This document shows positions 9,882 to 18,966 of a DNA stretch of 64,000 bases, piece after piece. The stretch spans positions 2,432,001 through 2,496,000 of the forward strand of contig OY970342.1 of NCBI GenBank assembly GCA_963717505.1, given 5' to 3'. The notes below the pieces were generated by a model. That model worked only from the letters and a program-made list of their open reading frames with translations. It did not search any database and was not told where the DNA came from. The stretch comes from Candidatus Eiseniibacteriota bacterium. Lineage in GTDB: Bacteria > Eisenbacteria > RBG-16-71-46. Made by a program: the position numbers and the translations under genes. The number at the start of each line of letters is the position of its first letter. Within the stretch, counting starts at the first letter, position 1.

Positions 9882-10018
9882 CCCAGGCCACCCCCCGCAG
9901 CCCCATTCCTCAAGGCGGTTTCGCGTTTTGCCGATGACACGCGAGCAGGCTGGCCGCGGCGCGCCCGTAGGGCTTCGCCGCCTTGGGTCGTTTGGCCGGC
10001 CTCGGCGCGGAGAACGGC

Positions 10019-12247
10019 ATGAGACGGCGGTTCCAGACATCGAACGCTACCGGAGGCGAGGAGCGGCTCGCGGCCCCCCGGCCGGGCCGGTCGCTGTCGG
10101 TCTGGTGGGTTGGCGTTCTGGTCGCCATGACCTGTCTGTGGCTCGCCCAACGGGACACGATTTGGCTGCTGCCCGCCGTCCTGGCGGCAGGAGCCCTGGC
10201 GCTGCGCGCTGGGTCTCGCGCGGAATGGCTGTGGTGGGTCCCGGCTGCGGTGGTGGGCGCATCGGTGCTGGAGGTGGTCACGCCGCTCGCTGGAAGCCGG
10301 CGGTGGGGCGACCTGCACCACGTCGAGCTGCTCGCGATCGCGATCGTGGTCGTCGGGCTGGTGCGCGCGATCGCCCGAGAAGAAACGCCGCGTACCCGGA
10401 CCCTGGCCGACCGGCCGTTGGCGGCATTGCTCGGTCTCTACGCCGCGACGCTGCTGATTCCGGGCACCGCGTCCGACCCATGGCGCCTCACCCGCGACGC
10501 GATGACCATGGGGGTCGTCTTCTTCGCGACCGTCGCAATCGCGAACCGCGGCGGGGCGCGCTGGGCCTGGCTCGCGTTCCCGGCGGCGGCAGGACTCGCC
10601 GGGCTCCTCGCGACGTGGGCCGCGTTCAGCGATCCCAAGGGAGTTGCGGGAATCCTCTCCCGCATCGACGCCGCGTGGCGGACCACCGGCGGCGTTTGGT
10701 TCACATTGCTCGTGTCGGTGCCGCTGGGGTTCGGCCTCGCGATGAAGGCCCATCCGCAAGCACTGCGCCACCTGTGCACGGTGCTCGTGAATCTGGGAGT
10801 GATGGGCGCCATTGCCCTGTTCTTCACGGGTGCGCGGCCGGCTGTCGACGTGGCCGTCCCCGACCGTCCGGCGGATCTTGCGCGCTCGGTCCTGCTGGCC
10901 GCCGCACTCGCCGGCCTGGCGGCGCACGCCGAGTGGAACCGGCGGACTCAGCCCGAGCCTTCGCGGTGGCTGGTGCTCGCGGCGATCTTCTCGCTGTCCG
11001 CCGCGGGTGTTCTGGTCGGGCTCCCCCTCGGAGGTCCAGCGGGACTATTGCTCGCGATCGCGGCGGGACTCGTGGTCGGCGTGCCGCAGGAAGCGCCGCG
11101 GGACCAGTCGGTCGCCGTGCCGCAGCCCGTCGAGGCCTCCGGTCCGGTTCCGGTTTCGGTGCGGGCGCAGGCGCCGGCTCCGGCGCCGGCGGGGCTTCCT
11201 GCGACAGCGCCCGCGCGCCCCGCCGCGAATCTAGCGCCGGCGCGTTCCCTGGCAACGCCAGCGCCCGCTCTGGCCGTGCAAGCGCCGGTCCGAGTGCCAG
11301 AATCCGATGCCGTCGCTCCACCCGCCGGAGAGTTTCACCCCCAAACGCTGATCTCGGTGGTCATCGTCGCGCACCGGGCACTCGGCGCCCTCGGCCCGTG
11401 CTTGTCGTCGCTTGCCGCCGCACGCCTGAGCGTGCCGATGGAAGTCGTCGTGGTCGACAACGACTCCTGCGATGGCACGCTCGACTGGATTCGTCGTGAG
11501 CACCCGTGGGTCGGGACAATCGCCAGCTCGACCAACGTCGGCTTCGCCCGCGGGGTCAATCTCGGGGTGACCGAGGCGTGCGGTGATCTGCTGCTCCTGC
11601 TCAACCCGCATTGTGAGGTCAGCGCCGAGGCGCTGGAGGCGATGTGCGAGACGGCGTCGCGCACGCCGGCGCTCGCGGCCGTCGCACCGATGCTGCTCGA
11701 CCACCGCGGCCGGCTGACGCGTTCTTGCGGGCGCTTCCCCGATCTGTGGACGCTGGGTTGCGACCACTTCGGCCTGTCTCGGGTCTTCCCGCGGTCGCGC
11801 TGGTTCGCGAGACACCAGTACGGCGAACGGCCGATCGATTCCCTGGATCAGGTCGATTGGGCTTCGGCGGCCTGCCTGTTGATTCCGCGAGCGGCCTGGG
11901 ACGCAGTCGGCGCGCTCGACGAGAGCATGTTCCTGTACCTGGAAGAGGTCGACTGGTGCCGGCGCGCCGCGCGCACCGGGCGCAACGTCCGGTTCGTTCC
12001 CGCGGCACGCATCGTCCATCACGGCTCGATGTCGTCGAAACCCGTCCCCGGGGATTCCTACCCGAACGATCTGCGCTCCAGCGTTCTCTATTTCCGCAAG
12101 CACTACGGCGGTCCGATGGCTGTCGCCGTCAAAGCAGTCCTGTTGACCAGTCTCGCGATCAAGTGGGGAGTGAGCTCCATGCGGGTGACCTCGCGCCCGC
12201 TCGCCAACCTCTACGCCCGCGGGGTGACCACGGTATGGATGGCATGA
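10019..12247 (+). CDS. multi-pass membrane domain fused to GT2 glycosyltransferase
   Basis: About 10 hydrophobic segments, Pro/Ala linker, then SVVIV..VVVVDNDSCDGT..NVGFARGVNLG..GALDESMFLYLEEVDWC. Confidence 0.75.
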   Translation: MRRRFQTSNATGGEERLAAPRPGRSLSVWWVGVLVAMTCLWLAQRDTIWLLPAVLAAGALALRAGSRAEWLWWVPAAVVGASVLEVVTPLAGSRRWGDLHHVELLAIAIVVVGLVRAIAREETPRTRTLADRPLAALLGLYAATLLIPGTASDPWRLTRDAMTMGVVFFATVAIANRGGARWAWLAFPAAAGLAGLLATWAAFSDPKGVAGILSRIDAAWRTTGGVWFTLLVSVPLGFGLAMKAHPQALRHLCTVLVNLGVMGAIALFFTGARPAVDVAVPDRPADLARSVLLAAALAGLAAHAEWNRRTQPEPSRWLVLAAIFSLSAAGVLVGLPLGGPAGLLLAIAAGLVVGVPQEAPRDQSVAVPQPVEASGPVPVSVRAQAPAPAPAGLPATAPARPAANLAPARSLATPAPALAVQAPVRVPESDAVAPPAGEFHPQTLISVVIVAHRALGALGPCLSSLAAARLSVPMEVVVVDNDSCDGTLDWIRREHPWVGTIASSTNVGFARGVNLGVTEACGDLLLLLNPHCEVSAEALEAMCETASRTPALAAVAPMLLDHRGRLTRSCGRFPDLWTLGCDHFGLSRVFPRSRWFARHQYGERPIDSLDQVDWASAACLLIPRAAWDAVGALDESMFLYLEEVDWCRRAARTGRNVRFVPAARIVHHGSMSSKPVPGDSYPNDLRSSVLYFRKHYGGPMAVAVKAVLLTSLAIKWGVSSMRVTSRPLANLYARGVTTVWMA

Positions 12248-13353
12248 TCGGACCTGGCCGGAACGCGCGGTTCGTCGGGAATCTGGTCGCGATCGTGGCG
12301 GCTCTGGTCGCCTCGTGCGTGGGTGTCGCGAATGCAGCGGCGCCTCCACGGGTCCGGCCCGTGCGCGCGGCGCACCTGCTCCACTACATGCCGGCCGAGC
12401 ACCTGGACGTCCTCGCCGCCAACGGCTTCACCCGCGCATTGATCCTGGTTCATGCCGATTCGCTGCGCGAGCACGATGTGGTTCAGCTGAGGACGTTGGA
12501 CGAACGCGCCCGCGTCTATGGGATGGAACTCGCCCCACAGTTCCAGCTCGAAGCTCCTTCGCGGTTGCAGTCCCGTCCCGAGGACCGCCGTTACACCTGG
12601 GGACGCGACCAGGTCGAGCCGGTCGCCTGCCCCATGGATTCGGTCTGGTGGGCCGATGCCCTGTTGGTGCGCGCCGGGGAGTTCCTGCGCGCGGCACCGG
12701 GCACCATGCGCCTGGCGCTGGACCTGGAGCTGCGCCACGGCCAACGCCAGCACTACGATGCCGGACCCTGCCGCTGCCCGCACTGCCTGCGCGAATACCG
12801 CCCAAACGCGCGCTCGGAGCAACGGGTCCACACCTCTCAGTCGGGGTTGCGCGCGTTCCAGGAGCGGCGGCTCGAGCGGATGCTCGCATCGATCCTGGCC
12901 GACTTCGCCCATCGGCACCCGGGCGTCGAGCTGGGTGTGTACGACCTGGACCTGGATGTGCCGGTCCATCGGGCTCTGGTGCGGGCGCTGGCTCGCGGCC
13001 TGATTCCGGTCGCCGACTACTGCACGCGCTCCTACGAATCCGGCGGCGGTTCCCTGAACCGTGTGCGCGATCGCCTGCATTCCCTGGGAATCGAGCCGGT
13101 GAGCGTGATGGGCGGACTGTGGCTCAAACGGCTCAAGCCGGCGGCCCTCGAGCCCGCGGTCGCCTCGGTGCTGGATCGGGCCGACGGCTACTTCGTGTAC
13201 TCGACCTACAGCCTGTGGCGGGAGCCGCATCAGCTCGTGGGGCCCTACACGCTGCTCGGCGATCAGGACGAGTACTGGTCCGCGCTGCGGCACGCGAACG
13301 GCCCGGCGAGATTTGGTAAGCCACCCATCGCCATCCAGGCCGCGCCCCGCTGA
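12244..13353 (+). CDS. secreted hypothetical protein, possibly glycoside-hydrolase-like TIM barrel
   Basis: ATGA overlap with GT2 gene; signal peptide ending ANA; 'ACPMD', 'LALDLE', CRCPHC motif. Confidence 0.55.
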   Translation: MIGPGRNARFVGNLVAIVAALVASCVGVANAAAPPRVRPVRAAHLLHYMPAEHLDVLAANGFTRALILVHADSLREHDVVQLRTLDERARVYGMELAPQFQLEAPSRLQSRPEDRRYTWGRDQVEPVACPMDSVWWADALLVRAGEFLRAAPGTMRLALDLELRHGQRQHYDAGPCRCPHCLREYRPNARSEQRVHTSQSGLRAFQERRLERMLASILADFAHRHPGVELGVYDLDLDVPVHRALVRALARGLIPVADYCTRSYESGGGSLNRVRDRLHSLGIEPVSVMGGLWLKRLKPAALEPAVASVLDRADGYFVYSTYSLWREPHQLVGPYTLLGDQDEYWSALRHANGPARFGKPPIAIQAAPR

Positions 13354-13412
13354 TCGAAGTCGCAGGGTCTTCAATACCACTGGGCATTCATATCCTGGAT
13401 TCACATTGCATC

Positions 13413-13442
13413 TTGCAGTGTGTTCCGGGGACTTGATACTCT
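13413..13442 (+). promoter_or_regulatory. putative sigma70 promoter with extended -10
   Basis: TTGCAG (13413-13418), 18 nt spacer, TG-A-TACTCT (13434-13442), within a locally AT-rich stretch. Confidence 0.5.
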
Positions 13443-13448
13443 CGTCGT

Positions 13449-13654
13449 ACGTTGGACGGCCTGAACACCGTGCACCCGCATCGGCACGGTGCCCCGGGTC
13501 GCCGCGGCGGCGAAATGCAGTTCAGGTCCCCAGCGCGCCGCCCCTTGCCGCGCGTTGGCCCGCAACATGGATTCCCGCCGCCGCGGCCGAGTGGCTCGGA
13601 ACGCGCTGGCCGATCCCCTTCGGGCCGGCTCGGACTCGGGCCGCTCGTCTTTTT
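13449..13654 (+). ncRNA. candidate structured ncRNA (about 200 nt, rod-like; 6S-like or novel)
   Basis: Nested pairings 13457-65/13619-27, 13480-85/13609-14, 13487-92/13603-08, 13494-500/13593-99, perfect 12 bp 13501-12/13576-87, 13530-37/13551-58; flanked by a promoter and a terminator; no convincing ORF. Confidence 0.55.
13621..13654 (+). terminator. intrinsic terminator
   Basis: CGGCTCG-GACT-CGGGCCG stem (extendable by CGGG/CTCG) followed by TCTTTTT. Confidence 0.55.
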
Positions 13655-13669
13655 GGCCTGCTCGCGGCC

Positions 13670-13689
13670 CGCGCTCCTCGAGGAGCGCG
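13670..13689. repeat. perfect 20-bp palindrome downstream of SPFH gene
   Basis: CGCGCTCCTCGAGGAGCGCG, flanked by GCCTGC/GCAGGC. Confidence 0.6.
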
Positions 13690-13703
13690 ACGGCAGGCGT
13701 GAG

Positions 13704-14579
13704 CTAGCGCTTGAGCGGTACCACCGACTTGTCGTCGAGCCCGAGCACGTTCACCAGCTCCGAGCCCGCCGGCACGATGAACTTGGTCTGATTGGCCAGA
13801 ACGTGGTTGGCGACGTCGAGCCGCTTGCTGATCTCGGCCCGCTCCTTGAAGAACTGCTCGGTGGCGTTCGACACCAGCTCGATCGCCTGCGCTTCGGCCT
13901 TGGCTCGGAGCACGCGCGCCTGAGCGTCGCCCTCGGCTTTGAGGATCTCGGATTGCCGGGCGCCCTCGGCCTCGAGGATCTGCGACTGCTTGACCCCTTC
14001 GGCTTCCAGAATGTTCGCGCGCTTGTCGCGTTCGGCCTTCATCTGCCGCGACATCGCTTCGGTGATGTCCGCCGGCGGCTCGATCTTCTGCACCTCGACG
14101 CGCGTCACCTTGACGCCCCACGTGTTCGTGGCTTCGTCGAGCACCGCCCGCAGGTTTGCGTTGATCATGTCGCGCGCGGTCAGCGTTTCGTCGAGCGACT
14201 TGTCGCCGATCAGATTGCGCAGATTGGTCTGCGCGAGTGTCGTGGCGGCGTAGGCGAAGTTCTGGACTTCGAACGTCGCCTTCACCGGATCGCTGATCCG
14301 GTAGTAGATGACCGCATCGACCGTGACCAGGACATTGTCCTTGGTGATGACCTTCTGCGGCTCGACGTTGATCACGCGCTCGCGCATGTCGACCTTGACC
14401 ATGTCCTCGATCACCGGCACCAGGAACGTGAGGCCCGAGTCGACGGTGGCGCGGTAACGCCCGAGCCGCAGGACCAGCCCCTTCTCGTACTGGGCGACGA
14501 TCCGGGCGGAGCGCGCCAGCGAGACCAGCGCGATGAACAGCACGATGACGAGCAGCACGAATCCCAGCTGACCGATCAT
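13704..14579 (-). CDS. SPFH/band 7 (QmcA/slipin) membrane protein
   Basis: N-terminal TM segment; [46 protein letters not shown]. Confidence 0.92.
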   Translation of the reverse strand: MIGQLGFVLLVIVLFIALVSLARSARIVAQYEKGLVLRLGRYRATVDSGLTFLVPVIEDMVKVDMRERVINVEPQKVITKDNVLVTVDAVIYYRISDPVKATFEVQNFAYAATTLAQTNLRNLIGDKSLDETLTARDMINANLRAVLDEATNTWGVKVTRVEVQKIEPPADITEAMSRQMKAERDKRANILEAEGVKQSQILEAEGARQSEILKAEGDAQARVLRAKAEAQAIELVSNATEQFFKERAEISKRLDVANHVLANQTKFIVPAGSELVNVLGLDDKSVVPLKR

Positions 14580-14581
14580 GG

Positions 14582-15019
14582 CTACCTCACCTGCAGGGTG
14601 ACGCCGTCCACCGCTTGCACGGTGACCACGGTGCCGGGCTCGAAGGGGCCGGCGCCCGCGACGGGCACCGCCCGCCAAACCTCGTCCCGCACGCGCACCT
14701 GGCCGGGCTCGTGGGCCGCGACCCGCAAGTCGACCCGCGCCTCCTGCCCGATCAGGGCATCGGTGTTGCTCGGCGTCGGCCGATGGCGGATCGCGCGGCG
14801 CACCCAATGGCGGCCCACCGCGATGTAGACGACGCACAGCACGCTTGCCACGATCATGCCGACCGGGGCGCTGCCGGCCATCATGCCGATGCCGCCGCCC
14901 AGGACGAACGAAGAACCGATCAGCACCAGGTCGAAGCCGGCGAAACCGCCAAGGGCCACCTCGACCAGGACCAAGAGCGCACCGAGGACGACCAGAACCC
15001 AGTTCCACTGGACCGACAT
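14582..15019 (-). CDS. NfeD-like (YbbJ) protein
   Basis: Hydrophobic N-terminus; [30 protein letters not shown]-fold; adjacent to SPFH gene; AGGAGG RBS. Confidence 0.88.
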   Translation of the reverse strand: MSVQWNWVLVVLGALLVLVEVALGGFAGFDLVLIGSSFVLGGGIGMMAGSAPVGMIVASVLCVVYIAVGRHWVRRAIRHRPTPSNTDALIGQEARVDLRVAAHEPGQVRVRDEVWRAVPVAGAGPFEPGTVVTVQAVDGVTLQVR

Positions 15020-15186
15020 GGGGTACCTCCTGCGCGCACCGCGCGCGGGCGCGGACGATAGCATTTCCGTGCGCGCCGTGGAGCCCCGGCGACCGCCTCA
15101 AGCGCGTCCGGTTTTTGGCCGAAAACGATGGAGCCCCCCCGGCCGCCGCTTGCCTCTTTCCCGGGGATCCTGACCAAGGAGTGGAC

Positions 15187-15876
15187 ATGATTCGAAGGGA
15201 ACTTCGGCGTCGATCGACCCAACTCGCGCTACTGGCGCTGGCGGTCTTGGCGGCCATGGCGGGGTGCTCTGCCCCAGTGCGCCAGCAGGCCAAGGCCCCC
15301 GGCCAGAACACCCGGGCGGTGCCCAAGTCCAAGACGGCGCGTCAGCCGACCGCCGTGATTCGCGGAACCCTGGGACTGACCGCGACGGCCATGGCCCCGT
15401 ACATCAACTTCGAGGAATCGGTGGTCTTCGTGGCTGCCGCCCCGAAGTCGCCCGCACATCCCGAGCGGGTCGTGGTCGGGCAGACCACGAAAGCTTTCAC
15501 GCCTCGCGTGAGCGTGGTGGCGATCGGAGACACGGTCGTGTTCGAGAATCGCGATCACATCTACCACAGCGTGTTCAGCGTCTCGCCTGCGCGTCGCTTC
15601 GAAATCGGGAGCTATGGGCCAGGTAACAGGCGTAAGGTCGGCTTCGATCGCGAGGGCAACGTCCGGGTCTTCTGTGACATGCACTCGGCGACCTCGGGCT
15701 ACATCTACGTGGTTCCGAGTCGGGTCGCGGTGCGCCCGACCCCGGCGGGGAAGTGGTCTCTACCGCCGTTGCCGCTGGGGCGCTACCAGATTCGTGCCTG
15801 GCATCCGGACCTGGGCGAGCGCCAGTGGACGATCGATCTCACCTCAAAGGGGCTGACCAAGGAACTGAGGTTCTGA
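15187..15876 (+). CDS. lipoprotein with cupredoxin-like and carboxypeptidase-regulatory-like domains
   Basis: Lipobox MAGC; [32 protein letters not shown]; [13 protein letters not shown]. Confidence 0.7.
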   Translation: MIRRELRRRSTQLALLALAVLAAMAGCSAPVRQQAKAPGQNTRAVPKSKTARQPTAVIRGTLGLTATAMAPYINFEESVVFVAAAPKSPAHPERVVVGQTTKAFTPRVSVVAIGDTVVFENRDHIYHSVFSVSPARRFEIGSYGPGNRRKVGFDREGNVRVFCDMHSATSGYIYVVPSRVAVRPTPAGKWSLPPLPLGRYQIRAWHPDLGERQWTIDLTSKGLTKELRF

Positions 15877-15879
15877 GTC

Positions 15880-17676
15880 GTGCGCTTCCCGCTCCGCTCG
15901 CGCATCCTGGTGCTGGCGGTGATTTCGCCGTTGATCATGGCCGCCGGCACCGTATGGCACATCCATCACACGATGGTCAGCCAGGTGAAGCGGGAAGCCA
16001 CCTATTCCCTGGTTCGTGCCTCGCTCGTGCTCGACCACATGCTGAGCGAACGCCGTCGCGGGCTCACCGAGGCCGGCGCGGTCATCGCCCGCGACCCCCG
16101 CTTCTATGCGGCGGTCGCGCTGCCCGGAGGCACCAGCGATCCCGAGGTGAAGGCCACGCTGAAGTTGGTGGCTGCGGAGTTCTCATCCGTCACCCGCGCG
16201 ACCCTGTTCGACGTGCTCGACCGCGAGGGCACGCTCCTCGTCTCGGCACGATCGACGTCGTCCTCCCGTGAAGGGCGGAAGTGGCTGATCCCGCACATCG
16301 TCGGTGGCCGCGCCGCGACCGGGTTCCTGGTCGAGCCCGGGGGTCAGTACCTGGTGGCCGTGACGCCGGTGGTGGTCGATCGCCGCGTGGTCGGCTCGCT
16401 GTTGCTGGGCGACGCGCTCGGGTCCGGACTGGCCGGCGAACTCAAGGTCCTGACCCGCAGCGACGTGACGTTCTTTCGGGACCACGAGGTCACCGGCTCC
16501 ACGCTCGACCACCCGCAAAGCAGCGCGGTGCTCCAGAAAGTGGAACTGGGCCGCGACCTGCCGGTATCGCCGTTCGACGTGCGCTCGGGCGGGGACATCC
16601 TCTTGACCCTCATTCGAGGTCTGCCCGGCGCCGGATCCGAGTACCGGCAGTGGGTGGTACTGCAGCGTTCGCTGGCCGCCGAGACCGTGACGCTGGCCCG
16701 CACCCAGCTCGCGGTTCTGGTGCTCGCCCTCGCCGTGATTGCGATCGCGCTCGCCTTCGGAGTGATGACCGCCAAGCGACTGACTTCGCCTCTGATGCAG
16801 CTGGTGCGCGGCGCCGAGGAGATCGAGAGCGGCAACTACGATCACTCGATCGACATTCGCGGCGACGACGAGTTCGGCTACCTGGCGGCCCGCTTCAACG
16901 CCATGCGCCGGCGGGAGCGCGACTACGTGGCGAGCCTCGAGGAGGCCGCGAGATTGAAGAGCGAGTTCGTCAGCGTCGCCTCGCACGAGCTGCGCACGCC
17001 GATCACGGTGATCCAGGGCTATCACGACCTGTTCCGGCTGGGGACGCTCGGTCCGATGACCGAGGCGCAGCACCAGGCGCTGTCGGCGATGGAGGAGTCG
17101 CTGGCCGGGCTGCTGAGAATCGCCGAGAACGCCGAACGCATGGCGCAGATCGAAGGGGAACGATTGGCGCTGCAGCGGGAGGACAGCGATCTGGCGAGGA
17201 TCATCGGCGAGGCCGTGTCACAGGCGGTGGCCGATGCGCCCGGACGGCGTCTCGAGATCGAGACCGACGTGCCCGAGAACCTGCCCGACTATCACATCGA
17301 CGGAGCGAGGATCCGCCAGGTCCTGGAGAACCTGGTGTGCAACGCGATTCGATTCACACCCGACGGCGGCCAGATCCTGGTGCGCGCGTGGGAGGAGGGT
17401 CCCGGCTTCGCGGTCGAGGTGTGCGACACCGGCATCGGCATCCCCGAGGACAAGCTCGCGCGGCTGTTCGATCGTTCGTTCTCGGTGCGCGAATCGCTCC
17501 AGCACCATTCTTCGACGGTTCTCGACTTCAACTCCGCGGGACTCGGCCTCGGGCTGGGGATCGCACGCGGCATCGTCGAGGCCCACGACGGCACGATTGC
17601 CGTGCGCAGCACCGCGCGCCAGGGAACGACCTTCACGATTCGGATTCCGGGCTGGGCCAAGCCGATGGCGGCCTGA
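15880..17676 (+). CDS. membrane sensor histidine kinase (HAMP-HisKA-HATPase)
   Basis: Two TM segments, HAMP 'DEFGYLAARFN', H-box ASHELRTP, N-box NLVCNAIRFT, DTGIGI, GLGLGI. Confidence 0.93.
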   Translation: MRFPLRSRILVLAVISPLIMAAGTVWHIHHTMVSQVKREATYSLVRASLVLDHMLSERRRGLTEAGAVIARDPRFYAAVALPGGTSDPEVKATLKLVAAEFSSVTRATLFDVLDREGTLLVSARSTSSSREGRKWLIPHIVGGRAATGFLVEPGGQYLVAVTPVVVDRRVVGSLLLGDALGSGLAGELKVLTRSDVTFFRDHEVTGSTLDHPQSSAVLQKVELGRDLPVSPFDVRSGGDILLTLIRGLPGAGSEYRQWVVLQRSLAAETVTLARTQLAVLVLALAVIAIALAFGVMTAKRLTSPLMQLVRGAEEIESGNYDHSIDIRGDDEFGYLAARFNAMRRRERDYVASLEEAARLKSEFVSVASHELRTPITVIQGYHDLFRLGTLGPMTEAQHQALSAMEESLAGLLRIAENAERMAQIEGERLALQREDSDLARIIGEAVSQAVADAPGRRLEIETDVPENLPDYHIDGARIRQVLENLVCNAIRFTPDGGQILVRAWEEGPGFAVEVCDTGIGIPEDKLARLFDRSFSVRESLQHHSSTVLDFNSAGLGLGLGIARGIVEAHDGTIAVRSTARQGTTFTIRIPGWAKPMAA

Positions 17677-17718
17677 CGCCCGATCGAACCGCCGGGCGTG
17701 CCTTCGCGGCCGGCCGCG

Positions 17719-17747
17719 TTGCCCGGTCCCGTGCCAGCCGCTAACGT
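17719..17747 (+). promoter_or_regulatory. putative sigma70 promoter, leaderless transcript
   Basis: TTGCCC-N17-TAACGT, then 6 nt to ATG 17754; no Shine-Dalgarno. Confidence 0.5.
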
Positions 17748-17753
17748 GCCGCG

Positions 17754-18914
17754 ATGCGCAACACGTTCCTGCCCTTCTCGCGACCGCTGATCGGCGAAGC
17801 CGAAATCGCCGGCGTGCGGACCTGCCTCGAGTCGGGCTGGCTGACCATGGGCGCCCTGGTCGGCCGCTTCGAGCAGGAATTCGCAGCATTCACCGGCGCC
17901 CGGCACGCGATCGCGGTCAACTCCTGCACCTCCGCCCTGCACCTGGCCCTCGAGGCGGCAGGGGTGGGGCCGGGCGACGAGGTGATCACCTCGCCCATGA
18001 CCTTCTCGGCGACCGCCGCGGTGGTCGAGCATCTGGGCGCGACCCCGGTGTTCGCGGACTGCGACCCCGACTCGCTCAACATCGTGCCGAGCCGGATCGA
18101 GGCGGCGATCACGCCGCGCACCAAGGTGGTCCTGCCGGTGCACTATGGAGGCGAGGCCTGCGACCTGGATGCAATCCAGGCGATCGCCCGCGCGCGCAAA
18201 CTGACCGTGGTCGAGGATGCCGCGCACGCGATACCCACGCGCTATCGCGGCCGGATGGTGGGAGCGATCGGCGACCTGACCTGCTTCAGCTTCTACGCCA
18301 CCAAGAACCTGACCACCGGCGAAGGCGGGATGATCACCACCGACAACGACGCTTGGGCCGAGCGCATGCGCCTGATGCGCCTGCACGGCATGAGCCGTGA
18401 CGCCTGGAAGCGCTACACGCAGGCGGGGTCGTGGCGCTACGAGATCCTCGCCCCGGGGTTCAAATACAACCTGACCGACGTGGCGGCGGCCATTGGCCTA
18501 CCGCAGCTCGCGCGTTGCATGGAGTTCCACGCGCGCCGGCTCGAGATCGCCGGCCGCTACGACGCGGCCTTCGCCGGGCTCCCCGCGATTCGCCGCATCG
18601 CGGTGCGCGACCACGACGAGCACGCCTGGCACCTGTACGTCGTCCAACTCGAACCGGGTCGGCTGACCCTCGACCGCGACGGTTTCGTGCGCGAGATGGC
18701 GGAGCGAAACATCGGCACCTCGGTTCACTTCATTCCGCTGCACCTCCACCCGTACTGGCGCGATCGTTACCGATTGAGTCCCGAACAGCTCCCGGGCGCG
18801 ACCCGCGCCTTCGAGCGCATCGTTTCGCTGCCGATCTACGCCGCCATGAGCGACCGCGACGTCGAGGACGTGATCGAAGCGGTGACCGAGATCGTCGGCG
18901 CGCACTCGCGCTGA
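17754..18914 (+). CDS. DegT/DnrJ/EryC1/StrS PLP aminotransferase
   Basis: NSCTSALHLAL, EDAAHA, FSFYATKNLTTGEGG, GFKYN. Confidence 0.93.
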   Translation: MRNTFLPFSRPLIGEAEIAGVRTCLESGWLTMGALVGRFEQEFAAFTGARHAIAVNSCTSALHLALEAAGVGPGDEVITSPMTFSATAAVVEHLGATPVFADCDPDSLNIVPSRIEAAITPRTKVVLPVHYGGEACDLDAIQAIARARKLTVVEDAAHAIPTRYRGRMVGAIGDLTCFSFYATKNLTTGEGGMITTDNDAWAERMRLMRLHGMSRDAWKRYTQAGSWRYEILAPGFKYNLTDVAAAIGLPQLARCMEFHARRLEIAGRYDAAFAGLPAIRRIAVRDHDEHAWHLYVVQLEPGRLTLDRDGFVREMAERNIGTSVHFIPLHLHPYWRDRYRLSPEQLPGATRAFERIVSLPIYAAMSDRDVEDVIEAVTEIVGAHSR

Positions 18915-18927
18915 ACCGCCTCGCCGT

Positions 18928-18956
18928 TTGACCGGGTTTCGGCGTTCGCCTAGCGT
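18928..18956 (+). promoter_or_regulatory. putative sigma70 promoter
   Basis: TTGACC-N17-TAGCGT, 10 nt before ATG 18967. Confidence 0.5.
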
Positions 18957-18966
18957 GCGCCGACCC

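Noticed and set aside
13449-13530. Hammerhead/HDV ribozyme, SRP RNA or a known riboswitch
   Set aside because: CTGAACA and GAAA are not arranged as a hammerhead core; there is too little sequence inside the stem for HDV topology; no SRP GGAA/AGCAG motif; no downstream gene for a riboswitch to control
13313-13707. Small ORFs in the convergent gap (129 aa, 72 aa)
   Set aside because: No RBS, low-complexity Arg/Pro/Ala content, and they run through the predicted terminator
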